The translations under genes and the position numbers were made by a program. Below the pieces are notes generated by a model. It was not told the DNA's origin and did not search any database. It saw only the letters and a list, made by a program, of their open reading frames with translations. 64,000 nt of DNA from NCBI RefSeq assembly GCF_000150275.1, contig NW_002060945.1, positions 4,575,397 to 4,639,396 of the forward strand. The letters are read 5' to 3'. Source of the stretch: Trichoplax adhaerens (lineage: Eukaryota; Animalia; Placozoa). Positions 61,099-64,000 of the stretch are shown here, piece by piece; the first letter of the stretch is position 1, and every line of letters begins with the position of its first letter.

Positions 61099-64000
61099 CT
61101 AGTCAGTCTCAACATTTAGCCAAATTCCATGGAGATGCAAACGCGTTGATCTCACCAAGGTGGTATAAAGATCGATACCAATTCTTACAGGGCGCATCAT
61201 ATATCCTGTAAATATAGATATAAATTTTATTTTATATTATTTCATATACTACTGCACTGCTATTATGGGTTTGATAAATAGCCAAAATTGTATCTGTCAC
61301 CAACATATCCACAACAGTAATACATAACAAAAAGTACAATCTGTATAATCTTAATATAGCATTAGATTAATCCTTACTCTATTAGCCGTAACACATCTAC
61401 GGTATGAGATAGGTATAATAATTTTATATGTAGCAGTCTTACCTTTGGCAGCGAACGGCATATTTTCGGTATCTGTCTGACTCCGGCTGCAATCAGCCGA
61501 TGACTGAGTGTTTTGTTGGCTACTAATAATATCTTCAATAGGACACATCCTACTTAAAATAGAGCTTTTACTGTTATGAATCCTATTACAATATAGCGTA
61601 ATCGGACATCCTTCAACCGCAGGAGATTGGCAATAATTTTTTAATTGTGACTTGGCGTACAATTTCTGGCTAGAACCAACGTTTGAATGGTCACGCTAAA
61701 ATGTGGTAAACAAAAATTACATACGTTACTATACTATAGTGTATTATTGTAATAGTAATAAATAAACCAATGGTAAGATTAATAATGCAATTTTATTACC
61801 TGCCAATCAGAACCCCCTCTCTCCTGTTCATAAATCAGCTCTCCAGTTCGTAATGCTAATTTAATAAGTACAGAAATAGTTAAACCTGACACTTGCAGTA
61901 ATTTTAACACTGGATTACCACGTATATGCATAACAGCAGTTGCTGTACCATCCTCCACAGTACACCTGTAATATAAGATTTAGTTAATAACCATAATTTA
62001 AATATACAAAGAGGAAAATTAAAAGCTATCTAATGCCGTACCATTGAAAGAAAGAATTTTAAGTATATTTTGTACATGTACATGCACTCACTGCCTATTA
62101 TTTTAGATTTTATAATATACCACTTACCTTGCTTCCGTTCTTAACTGCCAATTATCAGATTTACATAATGCTGGGCACTTATCGATCACGATACTATCAC
62201 AATATAAACAATGTAAGCGTAAGTGTAATTTCTCGATATCCACTAATCGACATTCGATACGTGCCGTGCCGCAACATAATCTACGCTCGCTATCATCTTG
62301 ATAATAGTCAATTAAGTAGCGTTTAGGTACATTTTGCAAGGAAGACCTAGAAAGTACGACAGCCAAAGTTAATTCAGGTACCCTGCATGCAATAAGAGCA
62401 ACTGTATAAAATGATGCTACTTCATACCTTGCATGAAAATCAGATTTATTAAAATAGCTATCATAATAATTCTCTGATATCGAGTTCAATGTAACACTAC
62501 TATTAGCCAAATATTCGCAGTAGATTGTACCATGCTGCGAAACTTTGCATAATATAGAATGAAAAGTGACAATTGAGCCAGGCAATAATCCAAGGCAGTG
62601 ATGAAGATGAGCATTGTTTCCATAGATTTTGATACAATTAGGTGAAGTTAAATCGATAGCTTTGATTACTATTGTCTGCTCAACGGGTCCATGTAAATTT
62701 ATATCGGAACTAAAAGATAATACAGATACTAAACTTTCACCATATTCATCGCTACCAAATACTGAGTTACTTGCGTCGCAATAATGCTTCGATAATATAA
62801 TACACTGAAAGGATACCAACTTACTAAAACCATAAATAAAAAAAGATACGATTAATGTTGTACGAGTATGTAAAGAATGACTATAAATTCATATCCCTCT
62901 ATTTTTCAATCTTACATATTTACCTGAAGTTAGATACAGATAACTCTTCTGCTTTAGTCCGATCTGATATAGTACAATTTAGAGCATCTTTAATATTTAT
63001 AAAATTTTCATATTTACCATTAATTTCCCGAAATTGTTTAATATATTGAGCATCATTCTTAGGGAAGCATTCGAGTATACTGTCAAGCTCATGATCATAA
63101 TGTTCTAACCACATTGTATTACAATTAAAATTGACTACTGATGAACTTATTGCGTAACTTTGATTTCCCGAGTAGCGTTGATTCTCAGAGTTGCCATTAC
63201 TATGACATGAATTAACAACATTTTGTAGATATGTCTGATTTAATTGAGATTCCAATTTCCTCTTACGATTACTTAAATTTATTGAATTATTTGTAGTCGA
63301 TCTATCAGATTTAGAAGTTGCTTCACAAAGGTAACAAAACATCCCAGGCTCTAAAAATGGGTACCAAGAAAGTGATTCTTCATCATCAAAGATAATAACA
63401 GCACTACTATTACTTGATAAATCTATATCAACACTAAATTGCTGCCCATAATTGGTTGGATTAATTTTCCCAGATCGAACAACATCAGTAATTTCTTTTA
63501 AGCCATTTAAATTACATTTTTCAACAGTTGCTAACATTTTCTTGGTGCTTTCTTCAATAATAGCAATTTTACGACCATAGAATAACTGAACACCAACAGA
63601 AAATCTCTTAATTTGATTTAAATCAAAAGAGTTGCTAGCATGTTTGTGCTTTACGTATAACAGTCGCTTCTTATAAGAAACTAATTTAACTGTAACTCCA
63701 GATGATTCGCTTGCCTGACAGTCTTTTTGAGTCACAATTTTTGTAATTTGAATAGGTGCGAATAACGATGCTTTCTTTGACGATCTGAAATTTGACAATA
63801 ATCTATCGATACTGTATGGCCGGCTGACAAAACGACAAGCATCATTAATTGAAAATTGAATGTATTTCATATAACGAAATTCATTTCCTACACTGTACAT
63901 ATTTGGAATTCGTAATCTTTCTATGATGAGCTGGTATTTCCTAATGATCCATAGTTGATCAACTTCATTAAATTTAATATTCATATTAGTTAGTTGATCT
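61099..64000 (-). CDS. CTC1: CST complex subunit CTC1, 3' portion (5' end outside the window)
   Basis: LSWYPFLEPG, KLVSFQCIILSK, LGLLPGSIVTFHSILCKVSQHGTIYC (compare vertebrate GLLPGARVHF...VSRSHNVYC), CLYC...C zinc motif, VEDGTATA. Confidence 0.85.

Noticed and set aside
62807-62816. Perfect U12 donor GTATCCTTTC on the minus strand
   Set aside because: Lies inside CTC1 coding sequence (KLVSFQ), which matches the conserved LVSF motif.
4802-64000. Functional clustering (LIG4 with CTC1 for DNA ends; TBCA with CCT3 for tubulin folding)
   Set aside because: The genes are non-adjacent among unrelated housekeeping genes; compatible with chance.

Overview
AT-rich (roughly one-third GC), gene-dense eukaryotic DNA with many short GT-AG introns and animal-type genes. 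It resembles a compact non-bilaterian genome such as a placozoan (Trichoplax-like); this taxon call is an inference. Hand-splicing gives 12 protein genes: an intronless orphan membrane protein, LIG4, GFM2, TBCA, ubiquilin, RPL36, CCT3, a MYORG-like GH31 protein, ZFR/Zn72D, a roughly 800-aa Ser/acidic/basic protein, glucose-6-phosphate 1-epimerase and the 3' part of CTC1. Four highlights. (1) The 51353-55624 gene, whose N-terminal exons are missed by the ORF track, has an N-terminal domain (RLYP...IVRLQDDTGCDLE) resembling the fungal Net1/Tof2/Dnt1 nucleolar Cdc14-associated domain. (2) Every gene start whose 5' end lies in the window sits beside a TACAG/CTGTA/TGTACA 'island'. Several islands also carry pieces of shared repeat elements: a 5-unit ~350-bp tandem array with dispersed copies, and a 44-bp-arm hairpin with a half copy. 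This suggests a transposon-derived housekeeping-promoter architecture. (3) The MYORG-like protein appears to have lost both catalytic aspartates and carries an RVxF motif. (4) Smaller items include a GC-AG intron, a TCT/5'TOP initiator and a candidate intronic C/D snoRNA. Reference sequences were compared from memory; no searches were run.
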